DNA from: Patescibacteria group bacterium
GTDB taxonomy: Bacteria > Patescibacteriota > CPR2 > UBA1875
Reading direction: 5' to 3'
NCBI GenBank assembly: GCA_041737595.1
Contig: JBGSRK010000009.1
Span: 32,001 to 96,000 of the forward strand
DNA: 64,000 nt
The notes beneath the pieces are model-generated. The model saw only the letters and a program-made list of their open reading frames with translations. It had not been told where the DNA came from and ran no database searches. Position numbers and translations under genes: made by a program. Positions 1 to 8,678 of this stretch are shown piece after piece; position 1 is the stretch's first letter; each line of letters opens with the position of its first letter.

Positions 1-52
1 CATTCTTCAATAAATATAGACCGAAAGATATAAATATGCAAAAATAATCATA

Positions 53-613
53 ATGATTGAACTTATTTTAAAAGCTATATATTTCTTTTTGCCCGCATTT
101 ATTGCAAATAGTGTCCCGGTTTATGCCCACCACTTCAACTGGTTGCCAAACTTTGCAAAACCTATCGATTTCGGTAAAAAAATAAATAAAAAAAGAATAC
201 TGGGAGATAATAAAACCTTCAGAGGATTTATAATTGGAATTATTTCGTCTTTCTTAGTCGGTATATTGCAATTCACACTTTTTAATAATTTTCAGTTTAT
301 AAAAGATATTTCTTTAACAAATAATTATCAATATTTATTTTTTTCAATATCACTTGCGGTTTTTCAGGGTTTTGGAGCATTGGTCGGAGATTCTATAAAA
401 AGTTTTATAAAAAGGCAATTTGATATCGCACCAGGTAAACCGTGGATTGGGCCAGATCAAATTGATTATATAATTGGAGGAATTATATTTAGTCTTCCTT
501 TTGTATTAATAAATTACGATATTATGTTAACTCTGTTAATTGTTGGGACTATATTACATTTTTTATCAAATGTGACATTAAAAATAATTGGAGTAAGAGA
601 TAAATGGCTTTAA
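53..613 (+). CDS. CDP-archaeol synthase (CarS)-like CTP transferase, membrane protein
   Basis: Motifs PIDFG, LGDNKTFRG, GDSIKSFIKR, PGKPWIGPDQID typical of the CarS-like family; hydrophobic. Confidence 0.8.
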   Translation: MIELILKAIYFFLPAFIANSVPVYAHHFNWLPNFAKPIDFGKKINKKRILGDNKTFRGFIIGIISSFLVGILQFTLFNNFQFIKDISLTNNYQYLFFSISLAVFQGFGALVGDSIKSFIKRQFDIAPGKPWIGPDQIDYIIGGIIFSLPFVLINYDIMLTLLIVGTILHFLSNVTLKIIGVRDKWL

Positions 614-1167
614 AAGATTTTACATTAAGAAATGTTCACTTAAAAAAAGATACATTTTTAAATAAAATAGGATTTAATTATTTATTCGATTTTTTAAATA
701 AACTAAAAGTAAAACCCACCCATTTAACTCTATTGGGCGGGATATTTTCATTAATTGCAGTATATTTTGTAGTAATTGATTTAAAATATTATATTGTATT
801 TGTTCTTTTGCATATTTTTCTTGATACATTAGATGGAAGCTATGCAAGATACATAAAATTTGAAAATGAAATAGGTGAAAAAGTTGATCATATTATCGAT
901 GCAATTTTTGAGATTTTACTTGAACTACGTGTTGCTTTTTATATAAATCAACCCTGGATGTATTTTGTGCCGCTATTATTTATCGGCGATCTAATTTTGA
1001 TTAATCTTTCAAAACAAAAAAAAGAACGTTATCCCGCAAGGTATGGAATGTTCTTCTTTATGTTTGGTTTATATATAGAAGGGATGATTATCCAAATAAT
1101 AATGCCACTTATTACTATCCCTTTGAAGTTTTTTGTTGATCTAACAAAAAAGAAAACTAAAATTTAA
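604..1167 (+). CDS. CDP-alcohol phosphatidyltransferase family protein
   Basis: Signature DTLDGSYAR...GEKVDHIID; overlaps upstream gene end. Confidence 0.85.
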   Translation: MALKDFTLRNVHLKKDTFLNKIGFNYLFDFLNKLKVKPTHLTLLGGIFSLIAVYFVVIDLKYYIVFVLLHIFLDTLDGSYARYIKFENEIGEKVDHIIDAIFEILLELRVAFYINQPWMYFVPLLFIGDLILINLSKQKKERYPARYGMFFFMFGLYIEGMIIQIIMPLITIPLKFFVDLTKKKTKI

Positions 1168-1179
1168 GTATGAATTATT

Positions 1180-1740
1180 TTATTTAGCTCTTTCTACGTA
1201 GCTACCATCTCTTGTGTCGACAATAACTCTGTCACCTTTTTTAATAAACATTGGGCCATTTATTATAAGGCCAGTTTCTAATGTTATTGGTTTTGTTGCC
1301 GCTGTAGCTGAGTTTCCTTTGTCGGCTTCCATTGCCTCTGTTACAAGCAAAGGGACCTTAATCGGGACATTAATAGAAATTGGTTTTCCTTTATAGTATT
1401 GGATATCAATTGAATCACCTTCTTTAACATATTTTATTGAATCTCCGGCTATTTCTTCTGAAAAATTAAATTGTTCATAATTTGCTTCATCCATAAAAAC
1501 ATATCCCGTACCGTCATTATAAAGATACTGTGCTTTTTTTCTTTCAAGTTCAACAGGTTGTAATTTATCAGAGCCTTGATATGTTTTTTGTAAATTGGCA
1601 CCCGTAATAAGATTCTTCAATTTTGTTTTAAGAACCGCTCCTCCGCGTCCCATTTTCGAATGATGATATTCTAAAACTACCCACGGTTGACCACCGTCTT
1701 CAAAAACAGTCCCAGTTTTTAAATCATTTATTCCGTACAT
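1180..1740 (-). CDS. efp: Translation elongation factor P
   Basis: KMGRGGA loop (Arg at tip), LETG, C-terminal VDTRDGSYVERA. Confidence 0.97.
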   Translation of the reverse strand: MYGINDLKTGTVFEDGGQPWVVLEYHHSKMGRGGAVLKTKLKNLITGANLQKTYQGSDKLQPVELERKKAQYLYNDGTGYVFMDEANYEQFNFSEEIAGDSIKYVKEGDSIDIQYYKGKPISINVPIKVPLLVTEAMEADKGNSATAATKPITLETGLIINGPMFIKKGDRVIVDTRDGSYVERAK

Positions 1741-1744
1741 AATT

Positions 1745-1969
1745 TTATTTATTAACGAATGGTAAAAGTGCCATCATTCTTGAACGTTTTATTGCAACTG
1801 CTAATTTTCTTTGGTGTTTAGCACAAAGACCGCTTCTTTTTCTAGCGTCAATTTTACCGTATGAATTTACATATTTTTGAAGTGTTTTGACATCTTTGTA
1901 ATCAATTTCGTTTACATTATCGACACAAAAACGACATACTTTCTTCGGGATATTAATCATTTCTTTCAT
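1745..1969 (-). CDS. rpsR: 30S ribosomal protein S18
   Basis: CRFC, IDYKD, CAKHQR, AIKRSR..ALLPF; rpsF-ssb-rpsR order. Confidence 0.97.
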   Translation of the reverse strand: MKEMINIPKKVCRFCVDNVNEIDYKDVKTLQKYVNSYGKIDARKRSGLCAKHQRKLAVAIKRSRMMALLPFVNK

Positions 1970-2003
1970 ATTATTACTACTCCTGGTTTATATTTATTAC
2001 TTT

Positions 2004-2486
2004 TTAAAAGGGTATGTCTTCGATATTTACTTCTTCTTCGACATCATCTTTCTTTTTCACATCTGATTTAGTTTCACTTTTAGAAGATTTTTTATCTTCT
2101 GGTGATTCCTGAGAATAATCATCATTTGGTTCTTTATCGAATCCTCCAGAAGATGGAGCCTTATCGAGAAATGTTACATCTGTGGCGATAACTTCTGTTT
2201 TGAATTTTTTAGAACCATCTTGTGCTTCCCAGTTTCTTGTCTGGAGCCTACCAATTACATGAACTTTACTACCTTTTTTAAGATAGTTTGCGACGTTTTC
2301 GGCCATCTTTGCCCAAACCACTACATCAGTAAATTCAGCTTGATCTTTATATTCTCCTTGGTCATCCTTCCATCTTCTATTTGTAGCTATTGTTATTTGG
2401 GTAACCGCTTGCCCATTTGGTGTATATCTTAGTTCTGGGTCTTTAGTGATATTCCCCAGTAAAAAAACCATATTTAGATCTTTCAT
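2004..2486 (-). CDS. ssb: Single-stranded DNA-binding protein
   Basis: DPELRYTPNG, GRLQTRNW, acidic C-terminal DIPF. Confidence 0.97.
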   Translation of the reverse strand: MKDLNMVFLLGNITKDPELRYTPNGQAVTQITIATNRRWKDDQGEYKDQAEFTDVVVWAKMAENVANYLKKGSKVHVIGRLQTRNWEAQDGSKKFKTEVIATDVTFLDKAPSSGGFDKEPNDDYSQESPEDKKSSKSETKSDVKKKDDVEEEVNIEDIPF

Positions 2487-2555
2487 ATTTACTCCTTCGC
2501 CATTCTTTTGGCTTATTAAACATTAACTTAAGTGTTTTAATTATAACACTATAAA

Positions 2556-3056
2556 TTATTTTTTACTCTCTTCTCCTATTATAGCACCAAGTTTTTCGTC
2601 TAACTGTTTCATTCTTTCTTCTTCAGATTCTTCTGGTTCTTTTTTAACTTTTTCTTTTTTTGGAGCAGCGGCAGATTTAACTTCTTTTTTAGGTTTTTCA
2701 GGAACAACTTCTTCTTTTTGCTCATCAGATTTTTTAACTTCTTTTTTAGGTTTTTCTACTTTAACTTTAACCTTATCTGGAGCTGAAAGAAGCATAAATC
2801 TAATAATTTCTTCAGTTTGACGGATATCTCTTTCTATCTTAATCAAAGATGATTTAGGTGCTTCAAAATACCAAAGAACATAAATACCAACATCTGACTT
2901 TTTAATTTCATAAGCCAGTTTTCTTTTACCCCAATTTTCTTCATAAGTAATCTTGCCATCTCGTGATTCAATGGACTTCTTAATTCGATCGGTTATTTTA
3001 TCGATCGAAGCTTCTAGGTCTGGATGTACTATATATAGTAATTCGTATTTTCCCAT
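2556..3056 (-). CDS. rpsF: 30S ribosomal protein S6 with charged C-terminal extension
   Basis: YELLYIVHP, WGKRKLAYEI; operon context. Confidence 0.95.
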   Translation of the reverse strand: MGKYELLYIVHPDLEASIDKITDRIKKSIESRDGKITYEENWGKRKLAYEIKKSDVGIYVLWYFEAPKSSLIKIERDIRQTEEIIRFMLLSAPDKVKVKVEKPKKEVKKSDEQKEEVVPEKPKKEVKSAAAPKKEKVKKEPEESEEERMKQLDEKLGAIIGEESKK

Positions 3057-3059
3057 ATA

Positions 3060-3170
3060 AAAAAATCCTTTCTTTGACCGTTAGTTTATACTTCGGTGAT
3101 CGGACCACAAGTCTCCTTGTAGGGCCTGCACATTCCATATATCGATGGACCGCAAGCTAAAAGATCTTCT
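3060..3170 (-). promoter_or_regulatory. Structured 5' leader of rpsF, possible S6:S18 autoregulatory leader
   Basis: GC-richer leader with repeated TTGYGGTCC; 5' TCTTT could pair with SD-proximal AAAGA; position matches known S6:S18 leaders. Confidence 0.35.
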
Positions 3171-3223
3171 TCATTTTAGCTTAAAAATTAGAATTCGTCA
3201 ATAAAAGCTTATATAATGAAATT

Positions 3224-3751
3224 ATGAAAATATTTGCAACCGATATTATTGGTTATAAGATTATCACTTTTCATAACAGCTTTGAAGCAGGATTAGTACA
3301 GAGTATTATTATTGATCCAGAAAACGGGCAGTTTCTTGGGGTAAAGTTTATCTATGAGAAAAAAATAAGAGTTGTCCCATTAAGTGAAATATTAACTTTT
3401 GGTAATTCATTTTTGATTATCAAAGATGCAAAATCTATTTCCGAAATAGATGATGTCGTAAAAATTGAAAAGGCTTTATTAATAGATGCCCAAATAATTG
3501 ATGAAAAAGTAGAGACTGAAAGTGGTCAAAAAGTCGGCAAAGTTTCAAATTATATAATTGATCTTTCAAAAATGTCCCTTGATAAACTATATGTTGCCCC
3601 GGCAGTTTCTATAAATTTTCTTGCCAGTGAATTGATTATTCCATTAACAAATATTATAGAAATTAAGAAGAAAAAAATTATTGTATCTGATAAATATATC
3701 AAAGTAAAAAAGCCATTTTTTGATATAAGCCCATCTCCTGTAATAGAATAA
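3224..3751 (+). CDS. Tandem PRC-barrel domain protein
   Basis: Two repeats of G..V.....G..VG.V....ID pattern. Confidence 0.75.
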   Translation: MKIFATDIIGYKIITFHNSFEAGLVQSIIIDPENGQFLGVKFIYEKKIRVVPLSEILTFGNSFLIIKDAKSISEIDDVVKIEKALLIDAQIIDEKVETESGQKVGKVSNYIIDLSKMSLDKLYVAPAVSINFLASELIIPLTNIIEIKKKKIIVSDKYIKVKKPFFDISPSPVIE

Positions 3752-3805
3752 TATATTGTTAATAAAATATGTATTTTAAGCCTTCGCGAAGCCTATTTTT
3801 AGGGC

Positions 3806-3834
3806 TTGACAGTGATTTTCCCTGGGTGTATTAT
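3806..3834 (+). promoter_or_regulatory. Sigma70 promoter of small ORF
   Basis: TTGACA-17bp-TATTAT. Confidence 0.65.
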
Positions 3835-3868
3835 TGTTTCGTTGCATTGGGAGGATAAAGGAGGCTTA

Positions 3869-3934
3869 ATGACTCTTATACTATTGTGGGCAGTTGCATT
3901 CGCATTCGCTTACAGGGTAATCACTCAAAGCTAG
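3869..3934 (+). CDS. 21-aa hydrophobic small protein MTLILLWAVAFAFAYRVITQS (not in ORF track)
   Basis: AAGGAGG SD just upstream of ATG, consensus promoter, downstream terminator. Confidence 0.55.
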   Translation: MTLILLWAVAFAFAYRVITQS

Positions 3935-3957
3935 GGTAAAATCAAAAATTAGCTTAT

Positions 3958-3990
3958 AAAAAATCCGCCTGATTTTCAGACGGGTTTTTT
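3958..3990 (+). terminator. Intrinsic terminator (possibly bidirectional)
   Basis: AAAAATCCGCCTGA-TTT-TCAGACGGGTTTTTT hairpin with T tract. Confidence 0.7.
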
Positions 3991-4087
3991 AGTTATCTAA
4001 TAAAATTTAAAAATAATAATCATAGATAGATATTATAATAATTCTTATTCTTGTCTACTTCACTTTAGCGACGTGCGTATAAATATA

Positions 4088-4699
4088 TTAAGAAAATAAG
4101 TTATCAATTACTTTTTTTATTATATCGTAAGAATAACCACGTCGAGAAAGGAAACCACCAATTTTTTTATATGCTTCATTTTTATCTAAATTTTGAAATT
4201 TTTTTCTAGTATTAATTAGTTCTATCGCAGCAGTAAGTTCCGAATCAGAATCAAGATCATAAATTACAATTTCAATATCTTGAGGTTTAACTCCTTTTCT
4301 TTTTAACTCAAATTTAAGAGCATTAATTGATTTTTCAGATTTTCTCGATCTAACCCAAACACGAGCAAAATCTATGTCGTTAATATAATTATATTCTTTT
4401 AATTTTTCTATGGATTTATTTACTGTAAATTCATTATATTTTTCTGATAATTTATCAAACATTTCTTTTTCAGACCGCATCCTAAATGATAAAAAATGAT
4501 AGGCCTTAGAAAGACACTTTGAAAGATCATCCCCCTCTTTATATTTTTTAATATCTTCTTCTGTAACTTCTTTACCTCTATATAAATCATAATCAACTAA
4601 AAGAAGTGATGAAATCCCAAATTCAAATTTATCATCAATGTATATATTCACTCTGTCTTTAGCTTTTTTTTGTTTTTCAATTTTTGTTATTTTTCCCAT
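4088..4699 (-). CDS. recX: Recombination regulator RecX (start probably ATG 4699)
   Basis: RVNIYID, LSFRMRSEKE, IND.DFA, L..RGYSYD. Confidence 0.9.
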   Translation of the reverse strand: MGKITKIEKQKKAKDRVNIYIDDKFEFGISSLLLVDYDLYRGKEVTEEDIKKYKEGDDLSKCLSKAYHFLSFRMRSEKEMFDKLSEKYNEFTVNKSIEKLKEYNYINDIDFARVWVRSRKSEKSINALKFELKRKGVKPQDIEIVIYDLDSDSELTAAIELINTRKKFQNLDKNEAYKKIGGFLSRRGYSYDIIKKVIDNLFS

Positions 4700-4713
4700 A
4701 TAGTTATTATACC

Positions 4714-4739
4714 AAAAGCGACCCATAATGGGCCGCTTT
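4714..4739 (-). terminator. Hairpin terminator after rnj
   Basis: AAAGCGACCCAT-A-ATGGGCCGCTTT imperfect inverted repeat. Confidence 0.55.
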
Positions 4740-4765
4740 AAATTTTAAACGAGTAGAAGTTATTA

Positions 4766-6625
4766 TTATACTTCTATAATAACCGGTATAACCATTGGTC
4801 TTCGTTGTGTTTGATTATAAAGAAAATCAGCAACTCTATCACGTACTTTAGTTTTAAGAATGGCCCAATTTTGTGGAGCATCCCCTTCTTTTCTTTCAAG
4901 AAGTTTTTTAACTTCAGCACGAGCATTATTAACCAGTTTTTCATTTTCCCTCATATAAATGAACCCTCTAGAAATAATATCAGGGCTTGTTACTAGTTTT
5001 CCGCTTCTTCTTTCCACGGTGCAGATGACTACAAATATTCCTTCTGTTGACATTGCTTTTCTATCACGAAGAACAATCTCCCCAATATCACCGATTCCAA
5101 GACCGTCAACAAGAATTATTCCATTTGGAACTTTTTGTTCTAAAACATGAGCTGAATCTTGTGAAACTTGAAGAACATCACCATTATCCATTACAAAAAT
5201 ATTTTCTGCTGGAATCCCAACTTCAAGTGCAAGATCCCTGTGATGTACTAGATGATGGCGTTCACCATGCATTGGCATGAAATATTTTGGTTTAGTGATT
5301 GTAAGCATTATTTTCATTTCTTCTTGACCTGGATGACCAGAAACATGAGTTTTATTTCCTTCTTTGTCATCAAAGATAACATTCGCACCTTCTCGGAATA
5401 AATCATCTATTACGGCTGTAATAGAATTTTCATTACCGGGGATAGGGGAAGATGAAAAAACAACGGTATCACCTTTTTTAATTTTAATATTTCTGTGATC
5501 TCCTGATGCCATTCTTGATAAAGCTGACATCGCCTCTCCTTGAGATCCGGTTGACATTACAACAACTTTTTCATCAGGGAACTTTGAAATATCTTCAATT
5601 TTTACAATAAGACCCGCTGGGATTCTTAAGTACCCAAGTCTAACAGTAATTTCAACATTTCGTAAAAGAGAACGACCCGAAAAAGCTAATTTTTTGCCAT
5701 GTTTAAGTGCAGAATTAATAATCATTTGGATTCTGTTTATCTGAGATGAAAATGAAGCAATAATAATTCTGCCTTCAGAAATGTCCATAATTCTATCAAA
5801 TGTTTCAGCTAGATTTTTTTCTGACATTGTATAACCAGGAACTTCTGCCCCTGTAGAATCAGATAAAAGTAATAATACTCCTTCATCTCCCCAACGTGCT
5901 AGTTTTGCAAAATCAAAATTTTTATTATCAATTGGAGAATGATCAATTTTGAAGTCGCCTGTTGTTAATATACGGCCATCTGGAGTTGAGATTGATATCC
6001 CAACTGCATCTGGGATAGAGTGACAAACTCTAAACCATTCAATTTTAAATTTACCAAGTTGTAAGACATCTTTATCAGGATCAATAATGTTAAGCCCAAT
6101 ATTCCCAGTTAAATTAAACTCACCAAGTTTACCCTCAATTAGACCAATTGTAAGTTTTGGGGCATAAATCGGTGCTCCAATTTTAGGGAGTAAATAAGGT
6201 ATTCCTCCTATATGATCTTCATGACCATGTGTGATTAATACACCTTTAATTCTATCTTTTTTATCTTCTAGATAAGTAATATCTGGGATTATATAGTCTA
6301 CCCCTAACATTTCATCATCTGGGAACATAAATCCCATATCTACAATAACTATGTCTTCTTCGTATTCAAAAACATACATATTTTTCCCGATTTCACCCAA
6401 GCCTCCGAGTGCAAGCACTCGAAAAGAACCTTTTTTGTAAACGGTTTCTACTGATGTTTTCATAACAGGATCATTTTTTGTTTTAATCCCTTTTTGTCTT
6501 AATCTTTTATCTTCAAGATTAAATCTTGGTCTTTTTTGATTTTTTCTTTTTCGGCCAGAGGCGGATTCGCCTTTGGCAAAGTTTTTATCAGCTTTTGGCT
6601 GATTTGAATTTGTGTTTGGTTCCAT
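4766..6625 (-). CDS. rnj: Ribonuclease J (start probably ATG 6625)
   Basis: GGLGEIGKN, THGHEDHIG, HSIPD, HVSGH, C-terminal RRPMVIPVI. Confidence 0.96.
   Translation of the reverse strand: MEPNTNSNQPKADKNFAKGESASGRKRKNQKRPRFNLEDKRLRQKGIKTKNDPVMKTSVETVYKKGSFRVLALGGLGEIGKNMYVFEYEEDIVIVDMGFMFPDDEMLGVDYIIPDITYLEDKKDRIKGVLITHGHEDHIGGIPYLLPKIGAPIYAPKLTIGLIEGKLGEFNLTGNIGLNIIDPDKDVLQLGKFKIEWFRVCHSIPDAVGISISTPDGRILTTGDFKIDHSPIDNKNFDFAKLARWGDEGVLLLLSDSTGAEVPGYTMSEKNLAETFDRIMDISEGRIIIASFSSQINRIQMIINSALKHGKKLAFSGRSLLRNVEITVRLGYLRIPAGLIVKIEDISKFPDEKVVVMSTGSQGEAMSALSRMASGDHRNIKIKKGDTVVFSSSPIPGNENSITAVIDDLFREGANVIFDDKEGNKTHVSGHPGQEEMKIMLTITKPKYFMPMHGERHHLVHHRDLALEVGIPAENIFVMDNGDVLQVSQDSAHVLEQKVPNGIILVDGLGIGDIGEIVLRDRKAMSTEGIFVVICTVERRSGKLVTSPDIISRGFIYMRENEKLVNNARAEVKKLLERKEGDAPQNWAILKTKVRDRVADFLYNQTQRRPMVIPVIIEV
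6554..6577. repeat. Short palindrome within the rnj 5' coding region
   Basis: GCCAGAGGCG-GATT-CGCCTTTGGC, translated as AKGESASG. Confidence 0.55.
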
Positions 6626-6701
6626 TTTTTTATTTCGACAAATAGTTTTTGTCGGTTTGCATCCTTTCTTTATACTCATAAGAGTTGTAATGCATTTTAA
6701 T

Positions 6702-7337
6702 TTATATTAATTTTTTTTGTTCTAGTTTTTGAGCTCCCCCTTTTTGCTCATTAATTTTTATTATAATTTTTGGTATTTTATTAAAATCTTCTTTTAAAGT
6801 CTCTCGCATCGATCCGTTATATAAAGCTGCTGCTGGGTGATAAAGTGCTAAAAATACTTGTTCGTGCCCGTCCCACATTTTTCTAAACGCTTTACCATGA
6901 ACCTCTGAAATTTTTGCAGTTGGGAAAAATCTGTTTAGGGCATGTCTGCCTAAAAATATAATTAATTTTGGAGAAATAATTCTAATTTGGCTCTCAAGAA
7001 ATGGCCAACAAGCTTCTATCTCATCTGGTAATGGGTCCCTATTATCTGTTGGTCTATGTTTAAGGACATTTGCAATAAATATATCTTTACGTTTTATATT
7101 TATATCTTCAAGCATTTCTGTTAAAAATTTTCCGGCAGCTCCAATAAATGGTTCCCCTTCTTCATCTTCTTTTTTACCTGGTGCTTCACCAATAAACATT
7201 ATTTCAGCTTTTTCGTCTCCAGTTCCAAAAACATCTTTTTTTTTGGTTTTTGAAAGCTCACAACGAGTACAATTAGAAATTAAGCGGTTTAATTCGCTCA
7301 AACTAGATGCATCTAAAATATCAGTGTCTGTTGGCAT
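6702..7337 (-). CDS. Uracil-DNA glycosylase family 4
   Basis: CTRC, GEAPG, FIGAAG, YHPAAAL; usual KCRP is KHRP. Confidence 0.93.
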   Translation of the reverse strand: MPTDTDILDASSLSELNRLISNCTRCELSKTKKKDVFGTGDEKAEIMFIGEAPGKKEDEEGEPFIGAAGKFLTEMLEDINIKRKDIFIANVLKHRPTDNRDPLPDEIEACWPFLESQIRIISPKLIIFLGRHALNRFFPTAKISEVHGKAFRKMWDGHEQVFLALYHPAAALYNGSMRETLKEDFNKIPKIIIKINEQKGGAQKLEQKKLI

Positions 7338-7399
7338 ATTTTATAGAGAACTTTCTAAAAAGCTAAAAACAGTATAGCAAAATTTTCATGTTATGTCAA

Positions 7400-7446
7400 T
7401 AAAGAAAGAGCCCGCACTTGCGAACTCCTTCGAGTACAGTGCGGAC
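7400..7446 (-). terminator. Terminator of GC-rich orphan gene
   Basis: Minus strand CCGCACT...ACTC-GAAG-GAGT...AGTGCGG then CTCTTTCTTT. Confidence 0.6.
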
Positions 7447-7454
7447 CATTTGGG

Positions 7455-7877
7455 TCAGTCAACAAAACGATGACCCCTTGTAGAATGAGACTGAGTTTCC
7501 CAGTCAACCCTTGGTCGAGATGAGGATCTTGAATCCCCAACTGCAGAGTCAAAGTGACTTTGCAGAATAAGAATCTCGATTTCTCCTGATCGAGAACGAA
7601 AAGCCTTGAACCGGACTCGATCTTTATCCTTGAGAAGCAGATCTCGAGCCTCTCCAATCCTTATCCCCTTATCATGAGGGTTGATTGTTCTTTGAACTCC
7701 TTCGGGGTCTGTTGGGCTTGAGATAACAGCTCGGAAGGTTCTCTTGTTCGAGGATACTAGTGCAATTCGCACATTGTCCTCAACCAGAAAACCTACTATC
7801 TTCCCTGGTTCCAACCTGATGGGCTGGTTCCCGAGAATGATAGAAACTGCTTTCCCCGGTCTCTTCTTCTTTGACAT
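7455..7877 (-). CDS. Hypothetical basic protein (GC-rich orphan)
   Basis: 140-aa ORF with GAGG SD, own TTGACA-17-TATCAT promoter overlapping truB 3' end, own terminator. Confidence 0.6.
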   Translation of the reverse strand: MSKKKRPGKAVSIILGNQPIRLEPGKIVGFLVEDNVRIALVSSNKRTFRAVISSPTDPEGVQRTINPHDKGIRIGEARDLLLKDKDRVRFKAFRSRSGEIEILILQSHFDSAVGDSRSSSRPRVDWETQSHSTRGHRFVD

Positions 7878-7932
7878 GTTATCCTCGATTCACTCGGGGT
7901 AGGTGCATTTGTATTGGAAGATGATAACATAT

Positions 7933-8619
7933 TTATAGTTTAGTGTCAATATTTTCTATATTTTTTGCCTTATTAATATCATATTCTCCGATTTTAGTTC
8001 GTCGTAATCCCGTAAGATAAGCACCACATTCAAGATCTTTACCAATATCTTCTGCGAGTGTACGAATATAGGTTCCACTAGAACATTTTACTTTTATTTT
8101 AAGTTCAGGATATTTATAATTAATTATTTTAATGTCATAAATTTTAATAATACGAGGTTCAATTTTAACTTCTTTGCCTTGTCGAGCAAGTTTATAGGCG
8201 CGTTCGCCATTAATTTTAATTGCAGAAAATGCTGGAGGAGTTTGTTTAATTTCCCCGATAAATTTTTTTAATACCTTCTCTATGTCATCCTGAGTGAAAC
8301 GAAGGATCTTTTTAGATTCTTCACTTTGTTCAGAATGACAAAAGGGGGTTATTTCTCCTTCTGGGTCACCAGTGTTAGAAATAAAACCGAGTTTTAATGT
8401 TGCTTCATATTCTTTATTAAGCTTCATAAAACTATCTTGATTTTTTGTGGCATCACCACAAAGTATTATAAGAAGACCAGTTGCAAAGGGATCTAGTGTG
8501 CCCGAATGACCAACTTTAACTTTTTTACCTTCATTTTTTGACAGTATCCCACGAATCTTTGCAACTACATCAAAACTAGTCCAACCAGCTGGCTTATCAA
8601 TTAAAATTATTTCGTTCAT
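7933..8619 (-). CDS. truB: tRNA pseudouridine(55) synthase
   Basis: DKPAGWTSFDVV, VGHSGTLDPFATG, PPAFSAIK, GTYIRTL. Confidence 0.96.
   Translation of the reverse strand: MNEIILIDKPAGWTSFDVVAKIRGILSKNEGKKVKVGHSGTLDPFATGLLIILCGDATKNQDSFMKLNKEYEATLKLGFISNTGDPEGEITPFCHSEQSEESKKILRFTQDDIEKVLKKFIGEIKQTPPAFSAIKINGERAYKLARQGKEVKIEPRIIKIYDIKIINYKYPELKIKVKCSSGTYIRTLAEDIGKDLECGAYLTGLRRTKIGEYDINKAKNIENIDTKL
8283..8340. repeat. REP-like palindromic element in frame within truB
   Basis: TGTCATCCTGAGTGAAACGAAGGATCT-TTTT-AGATTCTTCACTTTGTTCAGAATGACA; encodes CHSEQSEESKKILRFTQDD. Confidence 0.75.
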
Positions 8620-8678
8620 ATTTATATTATACCGTTATCCCCGCGAAAACAGGAATTTATTTGTTGTTCTAGATAAAA

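Noticed and set aside
2600-2770. Repeated KPKKEVK coding sequence in rpsF as a DNA repeat array
   Set aside because: Low-complexity charged protein tail, not a spacer array
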